A stretch of DNA of 64,000 nucleotides from Bacillota bacterium. GTDB lineage: Bacteria > Bacillota > Sulfobacillia > JAJZYS01 > JAJYTV01. The DNA lies in assembly GCA_021847575.1 (NCBI GenBank), contig JAJZQO010000001.1, positions 31,415 through 95,414 of the forward strand, written 5' to 3'. The position numbers and the translations under genes were made by a program. Below are positions 28,255 through 41,330 of this stretch, piece after piece (position 1 is the stretch's first letter; each line of letters opens with the position of its first letter). The notes below the pieces were generated by a model that saw only the letters and a program-made list of their open reading frames with translations, did no database searches and was not told where the DNA came from.

Positions 28255-29976
28255 ATGGACGCCGACATTTGGTTGGAGATTCGGGAAGACATGACCCTTG
28301 CCGCCGTGTTTCAGCCCATCGTCTCGCTTGCGCATGGGCGCGTCGCGGCGTATGAAGCCTTGAGCAGGCCTACGCTCGGGCGGGAGCAACCGCTTGCGAT
28401 CCTCGATGTCGTGGAGTCGGCGAGGGCAGCCGGACCGCACGCCGAGGCCGAGCTCGATGGCCTCGCCATTACCGCGATCGCCTCAGCCGCCCGCCACCTG
28501 CCGACGGGTGCCATGCTGTTCGTCAACGTGGCGCCGGTCACCGTGCTCGAACAGCCGGAGCTTCTGCAACCCCTCGCGGAGCTGCCTTGTACCGTGGTGC
28601 TCGAGGTGACGGAACGCTCGACCGTCCCGGACACCCGCTGGCACGTGTTCACGCACTCCCTCGACATACTGCGCTGGCGCGGGTTCCTTGTTGCCATGGA
28701 CGACTGTGGTGCGGGCTATTCCGGACTCAATCGGCTGGTGGCGCTCAGGCCGGATTTCGCCAAGGTGGACATGGAGCTCGTGCGCGGTGTCGATCGTGAC
28801 AGCGCCAAGGCGCAACTGGTGGCAGCCCTGGTGTCGTTCTCGCGGCGTGCGGGCATCACGGTGATCGCGGAAGGCGTGGAGACCCGGGCGGAGCTCGAAA
28901 CCCTGAGCGAACTCGGCGTCGACTATGTGCAAGGTTTCCTGCTCGCAAGGCCGGAAAGTGGCTTCGCCGAGACAGAGGTCATGGTGGGACGACAGGGCAA
29001 GCGAAGAAACGCGAGCGATGCAGGCGCCGCGCTCGGCGCCGCCATGCGTCTCGCGCGCATGGCCGTGCGCGGGCTGGGCGACGCGCCGGGTCTTTACGAG
29101 GCGATCGTCCATGCCGCGCGCGACGCCACCGGGGCTGACGCGGCAGTGCTCCGTAGGCGCGTGGGGCAGACGCTTGAGCCTGTGGCCACTTCGGGTGCGC
29201 CACTGCGGCCGCGCGCGATCCCCCTTTCGTCCGGCGACCCGCTGGCCGCCGCGTTCGGCGCGGAGCGCAGCGCGACGCGCCAGACGCACCCGCCGGACGG
29301 CGCCGACAGTGCCTACGGCTCCGCATTCAGCGCTCCTGTCGTCGTGGACGGGGTTGCCTGGGGAGTGCTCACGGTCGGGTTTCAGGAGGAGAACCGCATC
29401 CGCGGCGAGCTGGCCGACCTCGCGACGGGCCTTGCCGATCAGGCAGGCCTCATCCTGGCGGCCAATCAGGGGGGACTCCTGCCGCTGCGGACCGACGCCA
29501 TCGACACGCTTCGCTATGCGGTGCAGCACCCCGGAGACATCTCGGACTTCCTTTCGCGTATCATCCGCGACGTGGAACGTTCGACAGGCTCCCACGACTG
29601 CTGGATCGGCATCGCCCGCGACGGGCGGTTCGATATCATCAGCGGTGACGGCGACGTGGCGGAGACCGAGCTCGCCCAGTGGCTGGATCCCGAGAGCGAG
29701 ATGGGGCGCATGCCGCCTGGCGTTTCGCTGCGCGAGGCCAGACGCGTGATCGTCGACGACATCCGGCTCGAGCCGTCCCTCGCGTCGCAGCTTGAGGACC
29801 TCCTGCAGCAGGCCATCATCTCGGCGGCGGCGATTCCGATGATCAGCCACGAGCGCGTCGTCGGCATTCTTAAGGTCTATCACAGTACAGTGGCGGCCTT
29901 CACCGAGGACCAGCTGACCTTTCTGGAAGAAGTCGCGTCGCTGCTGGCCGACTACCTCGGCCGTATGGCGGCATAG
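28255..29976 (+). CDS. EAL-domain c-di-GMP phosphodiesterase with C-terminal tandem GAF domains.
   Basis: EAL hallmarks AYEALSRP...VLEVTERS...MDDCGAGYSGLNRL...VIAEGVETRAELETLSELGVDYVQGFLLARP, then about 330 aa of GAF-like sequence. Start ATG is 28255 or 28291. Confidence 0.75.
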   Translation: MDADIWLEIREDMTLAAVFQPIVSLAHGRVAAYEALSRPTLGREQPLAILDVVESARAAGPHAEAELDGLAITAIASAARHLPTGAMLFVNVAPVTVLEQPELLQPLAELPCTVVLEVTERSTVPDTRWHVFTHSLDILRWRGFLVAMDDCGAGYSGLNRLVALRPDFAKVDMELVRGVDRDSAKAQLVAALVSFSRRAGITVIAEGVETRAELETLSELGVDYVQGFLLARPESGFAETEVMVGRQGKRRNASDAGAALGAAMRLARMAVRGLGDAPGLYEAIVHAARDATGADAAVLRRRVGQTLEPVATSGAPLRPRAIPLSSGDPLAAAFGAERSATRQTHPPDGADSAYGSAFSAPVVVDGVAWGVLTVGFQEENRIRGELADLATGLADQAGLILAANQGGLLPLRTDAIDTLRYAVQHPGDISDFLSRIIRDVERSTGSHDCWIGIARDGRFDIISGDGDVAETELAQWLDPESEMGRMPPGVSLREARRVIVDDIRLEPSLASQLEDLLQQAIISAAAIPMISHERVVGILKVYHSTVAAFTEDQLTFLEEVASLLADYLGRMAA

Positions 29977-30151
29977 GGCAAACAGTCCAGGTCTTTCAGG
30001 GTCCTGTCCGAGGCGAGTCGGGCAGGACCCCGTTTTTGCGCTTTACCGACAGAATGCGACAAACAGCCCATGACATATGGACCTTGTCGCCTCTACCTTA
30101 CGGGATATAGGGCATAGTCGCCATTGCCCGGAGCGGTTGTGGAGGTCAAGT

Positions 30152-34144
<3,993 letters not shown>

Positions 34145-34272
34145 ACGGTTTGGCCCTGCGCCTGCGCCGGACGTCTCAGGCGCGGCGGGTGTCAAGAGAA
34201 GCAGGAATCAAGAGATGCACAGCTCTGCTCAGAATAGAGCGGCACGGTGCAGGTTGAGAGGAACGGTCGAGC

Positions 34273-35232
34273 GTGCAGAGGATACTGATCGTCGACGATG
34301 TCCCAGCCAACATCAAGATCCTGCGCGAATTGCTGGTGGGCAATTACGAGCTCTTCGTGGCCACGAACGGCAGGATGGCCGTGGAGGTGGCGGAAGCCAA
34401 GCTGCCCGATCTCATCCTGATGGATGTCATGATGCCGGAGGTGGACGGCGTTACCGCATGCGGCATCCTGCGCGGCAGGCCCGCCACTGCCGAGATCCCG
34501 GTCATTTTCCTCACTGCCAAGAGCGATGTCGACGACATGGTCCGGGGGTTCGACGCGGGCGGGGTCGATTATGTCACGAAGCCGTTCAACCCTTCTGAGC
34601 TGAACGCCCGTGTCAGGACCCATCTCGAGCTGAAGCGCGCCCGTGAGCAGCTGCAGCGGTACGGGCGGCAGCTCGAGGAGGCGAACCGGCAGCTCGAGAG
34701 CAGGAACGACCAGCTCAACGAGGCGATCGATCAGTTGCACACGGCGGCCATGACCGATTCCCTTACCGGGCTGCGCAACCGGCGCCACATGACCATGCAG
34801 ATCCAGCAGGAGATGGTGCGCTTCAGCCGGTCCCAACGCGTCTTTGCCCTTGTTCTGGCGGACATCGACCACTTCAAGCAGGTCAACGACCGCTTCGGTC
34901 ATGATTGCGGCGACGAAGTGCTCCGCACTGTGGCGGAGGTGCTGCGGCAAGGCTTGCGCGAACAGGACAACGTCGCGCGATGGGGCGGCGAGGAGTTCCT
35001 GCTGCTGCTGCCCGAGACGGACGTGGACGGGGCTCTGCTGGTCGCTGAGAAGCTGCGCGCCCAGGTCGAACTGTCGACGATGCACTGCCAGACGCAGGAG
35101 ATCAGGGTCACGTTGACGTTCGGGGTGACGTCCTACAACGGGACCACGAACATGGACGAGGCCATACGGGAGGCGGACAGCGCTCTCTACATGGGCAAGA
35201 AGCGCGGGCGCAACTGCGTCGTGGCGTTCTGA
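34273..35232 (+). CDS. Response regulator with GGDEF diguanylate cyclase output (PleD-like REC-GGDEF).
   Basis: REC: ILIVDDVPANIKIL...DLILMDVMMPEVDG. GGDEF: LTGLRNRRHM...ADIDHFKQVNDRFGHDCGDEVL...RWGGEEFLLLLPET. Confidence 0.85.
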   Translation: MQRILIVDDVPANIKILRELLVGNYELFVATNGRMAVEVAEAKLPDLILMDVMMPEVDGVTACGILRGRPATAEIPVIFLTAKSDVDDMVRGFDAGGVDYVTKPFNPSELNARVRTHLELKRAREQLQRYGRQLEEANRQLESRNDQLNEAIDQLHTAAMTDSLTGLRNRRHMTMQIQQEMVRFSRSQRVFALVLADIDHFKQVNDRFGHDCGDEVLRTVAEVLRQGLREQDNVARWGGEEFLLLLPETDVDGALLVAEKLRAQVELSTMHCQTQEIRVTLTFGVTSYNGTTNMDEAIREADSALYMGKKRGRNCVVAF

Positions 35233-35405
35233 GCGCCGTTGCGGGATCCGGATCTTAGGGCACTGGGACGGGAACCCACGCGGCCAGACCCGGTCCGCGC
35301 GACAGAAGGGCACGGCGCCGCGGTTGGAGAACCGCGGGGTGCGGGGCCCTGCGGCGCGAATGCCCGCCTAAGGCCAGCTTGCCGAACTTGGAGGTGCGAA
35401 ACGGC

Positions 35406-35633
35406 GTGCACAAGGCTTTCCTGAAGCAGATGCAGACCCTGTTGACGACGGCCTTCGGACTGATTGCCGCGCTTGCCTGGAACACGGCGATCACCACCCT
35501 GGTGCACACCTACCTGCCCGCAGGATCCGGTCTCGTGATGCTCTTTGTCTATGCCATCGTCATCACCGCCCTTGCGGTCTTCGTTGGCATGACACTGGCG
35601 CGTGCTGCGACCAGGATCGGGCTCGACGAGTAG
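35406..35633 (+). CDS. Small DUF5654-like membrane protein.
   Basis: VHKAFLKQMQTLLTTAFGLIAALAWNTAITTLVHTYL... resembles DUF5654 (AFGLVAALAWN). GTG at 35406 lies 10 nt after GGAGGTG. Confidence 0.45.
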   Translation: MHKAFLKQMQTLLTTAFGLIAALAWNTAITTLVHTYLPAGSGLVMLFVYAIVITALAVFVGMTLARAATRIGLDE

Positions 35634-35672
35634 TCGCGGCGTCGGCGGGAGGGGGGCGGGGCGACTTCGCCT

Positions 35673-36572
35673 TCAGGCGCCGGCCCGCATAATAGCGGCC
35701 GCCTCGCGGCAGGTGGCGATGAAGGCGGCCGCCGATCGGGACAGGTAGGCTCCACGGGCAGTTACAATCTGCAGCTCGCGATGAGGTCGCTGGCTCAAGC
35801 GGAGCGCGCGCAACAGGCCGAGGTGTTCTTCCTGCTCGATCGACATGCGCGGAGCGATGCTCACTCCCATGCCGATCTCCACGAGTCCCTTGATCCCTTG
35901 GATGCTCGACATCTCCTGTGCGATGCGCGGCGAGAAGCCGGCACGAGCGCAGGTTTCCCAGAGCACCGCCCGCAGGCTGAAACCTGCCTCGAGCACCACG
36001 AACGGGCGATCCCTCAGTTCGCGAAGGTCTATCTCCTTGCGATCGGCCAAAGGATCGTCCACCGGCACGATGGCGTAGAGCTCCTCCGACAGGAGGTGCT
36101 CTACGCCGATCTGCGGGCTCTCCTCGGCGTTCGTCACGACGCCGAGATCCAGGCGATGGGCCGCAAGCTGCTCGAGAATGCCAGTGGCGCTCGACTCGAC
36201 GACGCGCAGGTCGATGGCGGGGTGCCGGCTCCGGAATGCCTTGATCGCCGTCGGTATCAGGTGCGCCGTGATTGTGGGCATGGTGCCGAACACGAGCCTG
36301 CCGCGCTGCAGGCCCGAGAGGGCGTCGACCGTGTCCGCGATCTCCGCCACGTGGCGCAGGACCTGCCGGGCGTGCGGCAGGACGGCGTGGCCCACCTCCG
36401 TCAGGCGCACGCCGCGTGGCAGTCGGTCGAAGAGCGGCAGGCCAAGCTCTTTTTCCAGGGCCAGAATCCGTGCGCTCACGGACGGCTGGGCGACGTAGAG
36501 CGCCTGCGCCGCCGCGGTGATGCTATGTCGGTCGGCGGCTTCCACGAACATCTCGAGTTGCCTCAGCTCCAT
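35673..36572 (-). CDS. LysR-family transcriptional regulator.
   Basis: MELRQLEMFVEAADRHSITAAAQALYVAQPSVSARILALEKELGLPLFDR, the typical LysR HTH, followed by a substrate-binding domain. Confidence 0.8.
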   Translation of the reverse strand: MELRQLEMFVEAADRHSITAAAQALYVAQPSVSARILALEKELGLPLFDRLPRGVRLTEVGHAVLPHARQVLRHVAEIADTVDALSGLQRGRLVFGTMPTITAHLIPTAIKAFRSRHPAIDLRVVESSATGILEQLAAHRLDLGVVTNAEESPQIGVEHLLSEELYAIVPVDDPLADRKEIDLRELRDRPFVVLEAGFSLRAVLWETCARAGFSPRIAQEMSSIQGIKGLVEIGMGVSIAPRMSIEQEEHLGLLRALRLSQRPHRELQIVTARGAYLSRSAAAFIATCREAAAIMRAGA

Positions 36573-36737
36573 CCAGGACCCCATCCTCCGTGAACCTGTG
36601 TTGACACACCCATAGGGTAAAACGATGGCTCATAGCAGAAGTAGATATTAGACATATGGCATGGGCGATCCTACCTTGGAGGCGGGAACGCAGAGACCGG
36701 CCGACAGCCTTGCCGGGCGGCAGGGAGGACATCGGAT

Positions 36738-36977
36738 ATGATCCAGAGGCACGCGGTTACCCTGGGGAACATGTCGCGGACGACGGTCAAGCATGGGGAG
36801 GGCCACCTCGAACTCGAGCAGCTTGGACGCTGGGTTGGCCACACGTGGACACGCCTTTGGCAGCAGGACTCGCTTGAGCGGCGGATCGGCTCGGCGGTGC
36901 ACTTCCAGTTGCGGCGCAGACCCGAGCCAGGCGACGAGATGCTCGTCAACCGGATCGTCGAGGAATTGTCCCGCTAG
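36738..36977 (+). CDS. Hypothetical 79-aa protein.
   Basis: GGGAGGA RBS 8 nt upstream of the ATG. Two strong hairpins follow the stop (36981-37000 and 37009-37044). Confidence 0.35.
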   Translation: MIQRHAVTLGNMSRTTVKHGEGHLELEQLGRWVGHTWTRLWQQDSLERRIGSAVHFQLRRRPEPGDEMLVNRIVEELSR

Positions 36978-37008
36978 CGTCCGCTGCCGTAAGGCGGACC
37001 AGGCATCG

Positions 37009-37044
37009 AGCGGGGACGGGTGGCCTTGGCCGCCCGTCCCCGCT
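37009..37044. terminator. Near-perfect 17-bp hairpin (agcggggacgggtggcc tt ggccgcccgtccccgct); probable factor-independent, bidirectional terminator without a U-tract.
   Basis: Inverted repeat read directly from the sequence. It lies downstream of the 36738-36977 ORF and about 310 bp downstream of the convergent decarboxylase gene. Confidence 0.4.
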
Positions 37045-37356
37045 GGCATCTTTGCAGCCCCGCTGCAACCGGGGAACGGCGGACCGTGTTGCTTGGCTTC
37101 GTCGGAGGCGTCCGTACCGGCCCCAGGGGGCCTCACGCGTTGCTTTCGTTCTAACCCTATGCGCCTCGTGAAACGCTCCATTTCGCCGGCTCTTTCGCTT
37201 GTGGCCTGCCGCGGGAGGCGTGGGGCGACTCCCCGCGGTTCGTCGGCCACGGCCCATGGGGGAGGATGGTCGCCACCCGTGCAAAGGGGTTCCGAGAACT
37301 CATGCGGCTATCAGGTCGCAGTGCCCCAGCGCGTCCGTCCCCTCGCCACGTCGAAC

Positions 37357-38766
37357 CTATGCCAGGTCGCGAGCTGCGCCGATGATCGCGTCCACCGCCT
37401 CATCCACGCGATCCTGATGGGTGCGGTGCGCGAGGATGGCGAGGCGCACCGTGAAGCGGCCGCCCACGACGGTGCTCGAGAGAAACGCGCGGCGGCCGAG
37501 GTTGACCCGCTGGAGGAGCAGGCGGCTCAGTTGGTCCGATTCGGCTTCGTCACGTCCCCGCATGCGCAAGCCGACGACCGTCAGAGTGGGGGGGACAGGC
37601 AGTTCGAGTGTGCCTTCCGCAGCTAGCCGCCGGAAGGCGTGTTGTGCCAGGTCGAGCTTCTCATCGAGAGCGTCGCGGAACGCACCGACGCCGTAGAGGT
37701 GCAGCGGCAGCCAGATCCTGAGTCCCCTGAGCTCGCGCGTCAGCTCCGGGCCGAGGTCGGCAGCGTCTGGTACCAGTTGCTCGTCCAGGTCCTGCAGATA
37801 GTGGCCCGAGACGGCATGGGCCGCCCGCAGCGTCTCGACGTCGCGGACGACGAGAGCTCCCGTGCCGTACGGTGCGAACAGCGATTTGTGGGGATCGAGC
37901 GTGACCGAGTCGGCGCGCTCGATGCCTGCGAGGAGTGCCAGGCCGCGTGCCGTGAGGCGGAAGAAGCCGCCGTAGGCCCCGTCGACGTGCAGCCAGATGC
38001 CGTTGCGGGCAGCCACGTCGGCCACGGCCTCGAGGGGGTCGACGACACCGGTGTTCGTGGTACCGGCCGACGCCACCACCATGAACGGACGCAGGCCTGC
38101 GCGCCTGTCACTCGCAATCATGCCTTCAAGTGCGGCGACGTCCATGCGCAGATCGCTTGCGCACGGCACGACGCGCAGCGCCCGCCGCGGCAGGCCTGCG
38201 AGGCGGACCGCCTTCGCCACGGACTGGTGCGCTTCTTCGGTCAGGTAGACGACCCCAGCGGCAAGATCCTCCTGCAGCCGCTCGCGGGCTGCGACGACGG
38301 CGGCGAAATTGGCGATCGACCCACCCGAGACGAGGATGCCGCCGCCGCCGTCCGGCATGCCCATGAGGTCGGCAAGCCAGCGCACGACGCTCCACTCGAG
38401 GGCAGCGAGGCCCGGCGCGGTACCGGCCATGCCGACGTATCTATTGGTCGCGCGTGCGTATAGATCGGCGACAGCGCCGGCGAAGAGTCCGCCGCCCGGG
38501 ATGTAGCCGAGGTAGCCTGGGCCGGCCGTCTCGACGGCCAGGTCGGTCGCGGCTGCCATGCGCTCGAGGATGTATTGGAGGTCTTCAGGGTGTTCCGGCG
38601 GGGGAGCCAGGAGACGCCGCTGCAAATCGCGGATCTCGGCCTGAGGAACGCCGGCGAGACTTGCCGGGCGCTCTTGGAGTTCGTTCACGAAGCCTACGGC
38701 GCGTGCGAGGACGGTCTCGGCCAAGCTCTCCATCTCGGTCCGGTCCGGTTCGAGGGGGTAGCGCAA
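37357..38766 (-). CDS. Group II pyridoxal-phosphate-dependent decarboxylase (aromatic-amino-acid/diaminobutyrate/glutamate decarboxylase family).
   Basis: ...LDPHKSLFAPYGTGALVVRD..., the PLP-lysine motif D-x-HK. 469 aa. TTG start with a GGGAGG RBS 7 nt upstream. Confidence 0.7.
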   Translation of the reverse strand: MRYPLEPDRTEMESLAETVLARAVGFVNELQERPASLAGVPQAEIRDLQRRLLAPPPEHPEDLQYILERMAAATDLAVETAGPGYLGYIPGGGLFAGAVADLYARATNRYVGMAGTAPGLAALEWSVVRWLADLMGMPDGGGGILVSGGSIANFAAVVAARERLQEDLAAGVVYLTEEAHQSVAKAVRLAGLPRRALRVVPCASDLRMDVAALEGMIASDRRAGLRPFMVVASAGTTNTGVVDPLEAVADVAARNGIWLHVDGAYGGFFRLTARGLALLAGIERADSVTLDPHKSLFAPYGTGALVVRDVETLRAAHAVSGHYLQDLDEQLVPDAADLGPELTRELRGLRIWLPLHLYGVGAFRDALDEKLDLAQHAFRRLAAEGTLELPVPPTLTVVGLRMRGRDEAESDQLSRLLLQRVNLGRRAFLSSTVVGGRFTVRLAILAHRTHQDRVDEAVDAIIGAARDLA

Positions 38767-38832
38767 CGCAAAGCCTCCCAGCGGTCGGTGCCGCCCTCCT
38801 TCGCCTAGACGCGGCGCCGCACCTGCGGGAGG

Positions 38833-39687
38833 CTATGGCACCACGGCGGGGCTTGGCCGCAGCGGCATCGGTGTCGCGACGAAGGCTAGCATTCCCACCC
38901 CCACCGTGACGAGCGTGCCGATCTGTATCTCGCTGTAGATCGTCGCCGCATCGTGCAGAGGCACCTCCACGCAGCCGAGACTCTGCGGGTAGCCGTAGCC
39001 GGACCGCCAGAAGCCGTGGACAGCCTCACCGCCGAAGAAGTAGCTGATGTTGTACACCGGATCGGCGTAGGCGGTGCCGTCGAGGTTCTTGCCACGCATC
39101 ACCTGGAAGGGCAGGCGAAGGAAGACGGGATGCGTGCCAAGGGCGGTGGGCGCACCGGGCACGCCGGTGTTCGCGGGCACCTCCTGGAGGACGCCGTGCA
39201 GCGACCAGACAAGCAGCGACTCGGGCCGGTGCTCGCTGACGTAGACGTAGGTGAACGGATGCTTTGCGTGCCAGCCTCTGTGCAGGTCTGCGGCAAGGTG
39301 GCCGAGCAAGGCCGACAGGCCGAGACTCCCCGGCTTCAGATTGACATCCGCCTCGTAGCTCCACTCCGCGCCCTGCAGGAGTACGGTCGGGACGCCCGGC
39401 TGGAGGAGGGACCGCAGGGGCTGCGGCATCGAGGGGCGGGCGAAGGTGAATGCCTGCCCGTTCCAGCCGACAGGGAGGTAGCCCATATGCGCGAGGTCTT
39501 CCTGGAGCGTGAGCACCTGCAACGTCTGGGGCGCCGGTGGCAAAGAGGCATCGGCCTGCTGTGCCTGCCAGTGGTTGAGCCCTGTTTGGGCGCGGGCGGT
39601 TGGTTCTATGGCTGCGGGTAGGCCGACACTGGCCAAAAGGAGCAGAGCGGCCAGGGCCGCGCTGGACCGAAAGCTCTTGGTCCGCAT
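38833..39687 (-). CDS. Secreted L,D-transpeptidase (YkuD catalytic domain) family protein.
   Basis: Signal peptide MRTKSFRSSAALAALLLLASVGLPAA. Catalytic motif HGFWRSGYGYPQSLGCVEVP (H...S.GC). Confidence 0.65.
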   Translation of the reverse strand: MRTKSFRSSAALAALLLLASVGLPAAIEPTARAQTGLNHWQAQQADASLPPAPQTLQVLTLQEDLAHMGYLPVGWNGQAFTFARPSMPQPLRSLLQPGVPTVLLQGAEWSYEADVNLKPGSLGLSALLGHLAADLHRGWHAKHPFTYVYVSEHRPESLLVWSLHGVLQEVPANTGVPGAPTALGTHPVFLRLPFQVMRGKNLDGTAYADPVYNISYFFGGEAVHGFWRSGYGYPQSLGCVEVPLHDAATIYSEIQIGTLVTVGVGMLAFVATPMPLRPSPAVVP

Positions 39688-39750
39688 GCCTTCGGTATAT
39701 GCGCGAACGTAGGCGACGGGTCACGCTACGTGTCGAGAGCGCCGGGAAAC

Positions 39751-41142
39751 TTACGCGTCGCCCAGTTCGCTGAGGTAGGTCGCCGCAGGCACGCTGCGGT
39801 GCGACGCGTGCAGGCTTTCGCCGTTGTCGTAGGCCTCCTCGCCGTGCATCGCCCGATCGCCTGCCTCGATTACAGGATCGGCTGCCCGGAGCGGCACGAC
39901 GAGGCCGACGAGTCTCAGGACGACGTAGGTCGCGCTGGCGTCGTAGGCCACGATTGCCACGAGCGCCAGGAACTGTGCGAGGAGAAGGCGCGGGTTGCCG
40001 TAGAGGAGGCCCGCGACGCTGGCGCCGCGCCTTGGCCCGACGCCGAGGTAGACGAGCACGCGCGGGTCCGCGAGGACACCTGTCAGCAGGCCGCCGAGCG
40101 CTCCGGCGACTCCGTGTGTGTGGATCACGCCGAGCGCGTCGTCCACCCTGCGAAAGAGGCCGCGCCGACCAAGGAGGTTCATGGTAAGCCAGGGAACGGT
40201 CCCGGCAAGGGCGCCGATCACCAGCGCGCCCACGCCGTCCACGTAGCCTGCGGCTGGCGTGATCGCCACGAGACCAGCGATCAGGCCGTTGATCGCTCCG
40301 CTCAGGGACGCGCGTCCGGTCGTCCACACATCCAGCGCGAGCCACGCCAGCAGGGCCGTCGCGGCGGCGAGGTTCGTGTTGAGCACGGCAACCGCGGCGT
40401 CGGCGTTGGCGAAATAGGGATCTCCGCCGTTGAAGCCGTTCCAGCCGAGCCAGAGAATGCCCGCACCGACGAGCGCGAGCATCAGGCTGGCGGGTCGCGC
40501 TGGACCGCGGTCCTTGGCGAGGCGCGGCCCGAGCATCGCTGCGAGCACGAAACCCGACACGCCCGCGCCCAGATGGATCACGTAGCCGCCGCTATAGTCG
40601 ACGGCGCCCATCTGGGAGAGGATCCCTCCGCCCCAGAGGGAGAAGGCGACGACGCAGTAGACGAGGGTCGTCCAGATAGGGACGAAGAGCATCCACGCCT
40701 TGAAGTTCATCCGTCCGAGCGCCGCGCCGGCCATGAGCCCGGGCGCGATCGCCGCGAAGGCGAACTGGAAGTAGATCATGGCCGACTGGGGGAAGCGCAG
40801 GGCTGGCATGGCGGACACGAGCAGCGGTACGCTTGCCGGTACCTGCAAGGCAGAAGCCCCTAGGACCGGGCCCGGCCTCCCAACGATCGCGGACAGCGCC
40901 CCAGCACCGAGCCGCAGCGCTGGCCCGAAACTCATTTGGTAGCCCCAAAGCACCCACACCAACAGCACGGCGGCGAAAGCATAGAGGACCATCATGGCCG
41001 AGTTCACGGCGAATCGCCGCTGCACGAGGCCGCCGTACAGCACGGCGAGGCCCGGCACGGCCATGAGGCCCACCAACGTGGCGGAGATGAGCTGCCAGGC
41101 GACATCGCCAGGATTGAGATAGACCGCACTCGGGACCAGCAT
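39751..41142 (-). CDS. amt: Ammonium transporter (Amt/MEP family).
   Basis: ...DYSGGYVIHLGAGVSGFVLAAMLGPR... and ...VIHTHGVAGALGGLLTGVLADP... signatures; 11-12 TM. ATG at 41142 with a GGGAGG RBS; the track ORF is N-extended. Confidence 0.8.
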   Translation of the reverse strand: MLVPSAVYLNPGDVAWQLISATLVGLMAVPGLAVLYGGLVQRRFAVNSAMMVLYAFAAVLLVWVLWGYQMSFGPALRLGAGALSAIVGRPGPVLGASALQVPASVPLLVSAMPALRFPQSAMIYFQFAFAAIAPGLMAGAALGRMNFKAWMLFVPIWTTLVYCVVAFSLWGGGILSQMGAVDYSGGYVIHLGAGVSGFVLAAMLGPRLAKDRGPARPASLMLALVGAGILWLGWNGFNGGDPYFANADAAVAVLNTNLAAATALLAWLALDVWTTGRASLSGAINGLIAGLVAITPAAGYVDGVGALVIGALAGTVPWLTMNLLGRRGLFRRVDDALGVIHTHGVAGALGGLLTGVLADPRVLVYLGVGPRRGASVAGLLYGNPRLLLAQFLALVAIVAYDASATYVVLRLVGLVVPLRAADPVIEAGDRAMHGEEAYDNGESLHASHRSVPAATYLSELGDA

Positions 41143-41330
41143 ACACGGCCGCCTCCCTTCCCTTCGCGTGCCACCAGACAGGGTCCGCCAGGTCAAACCT
41201 GACAAGATACCTGACAGGGCATCGCTGCTGGTTGACGCGATTCTACCAGGGATGGCGAGATTCCGTATGCTTTTGTGAGGTATGGGTTTTTATGCGACAA
41301 TTCCGCATACCAATGGTGACAGAGTGCGGC

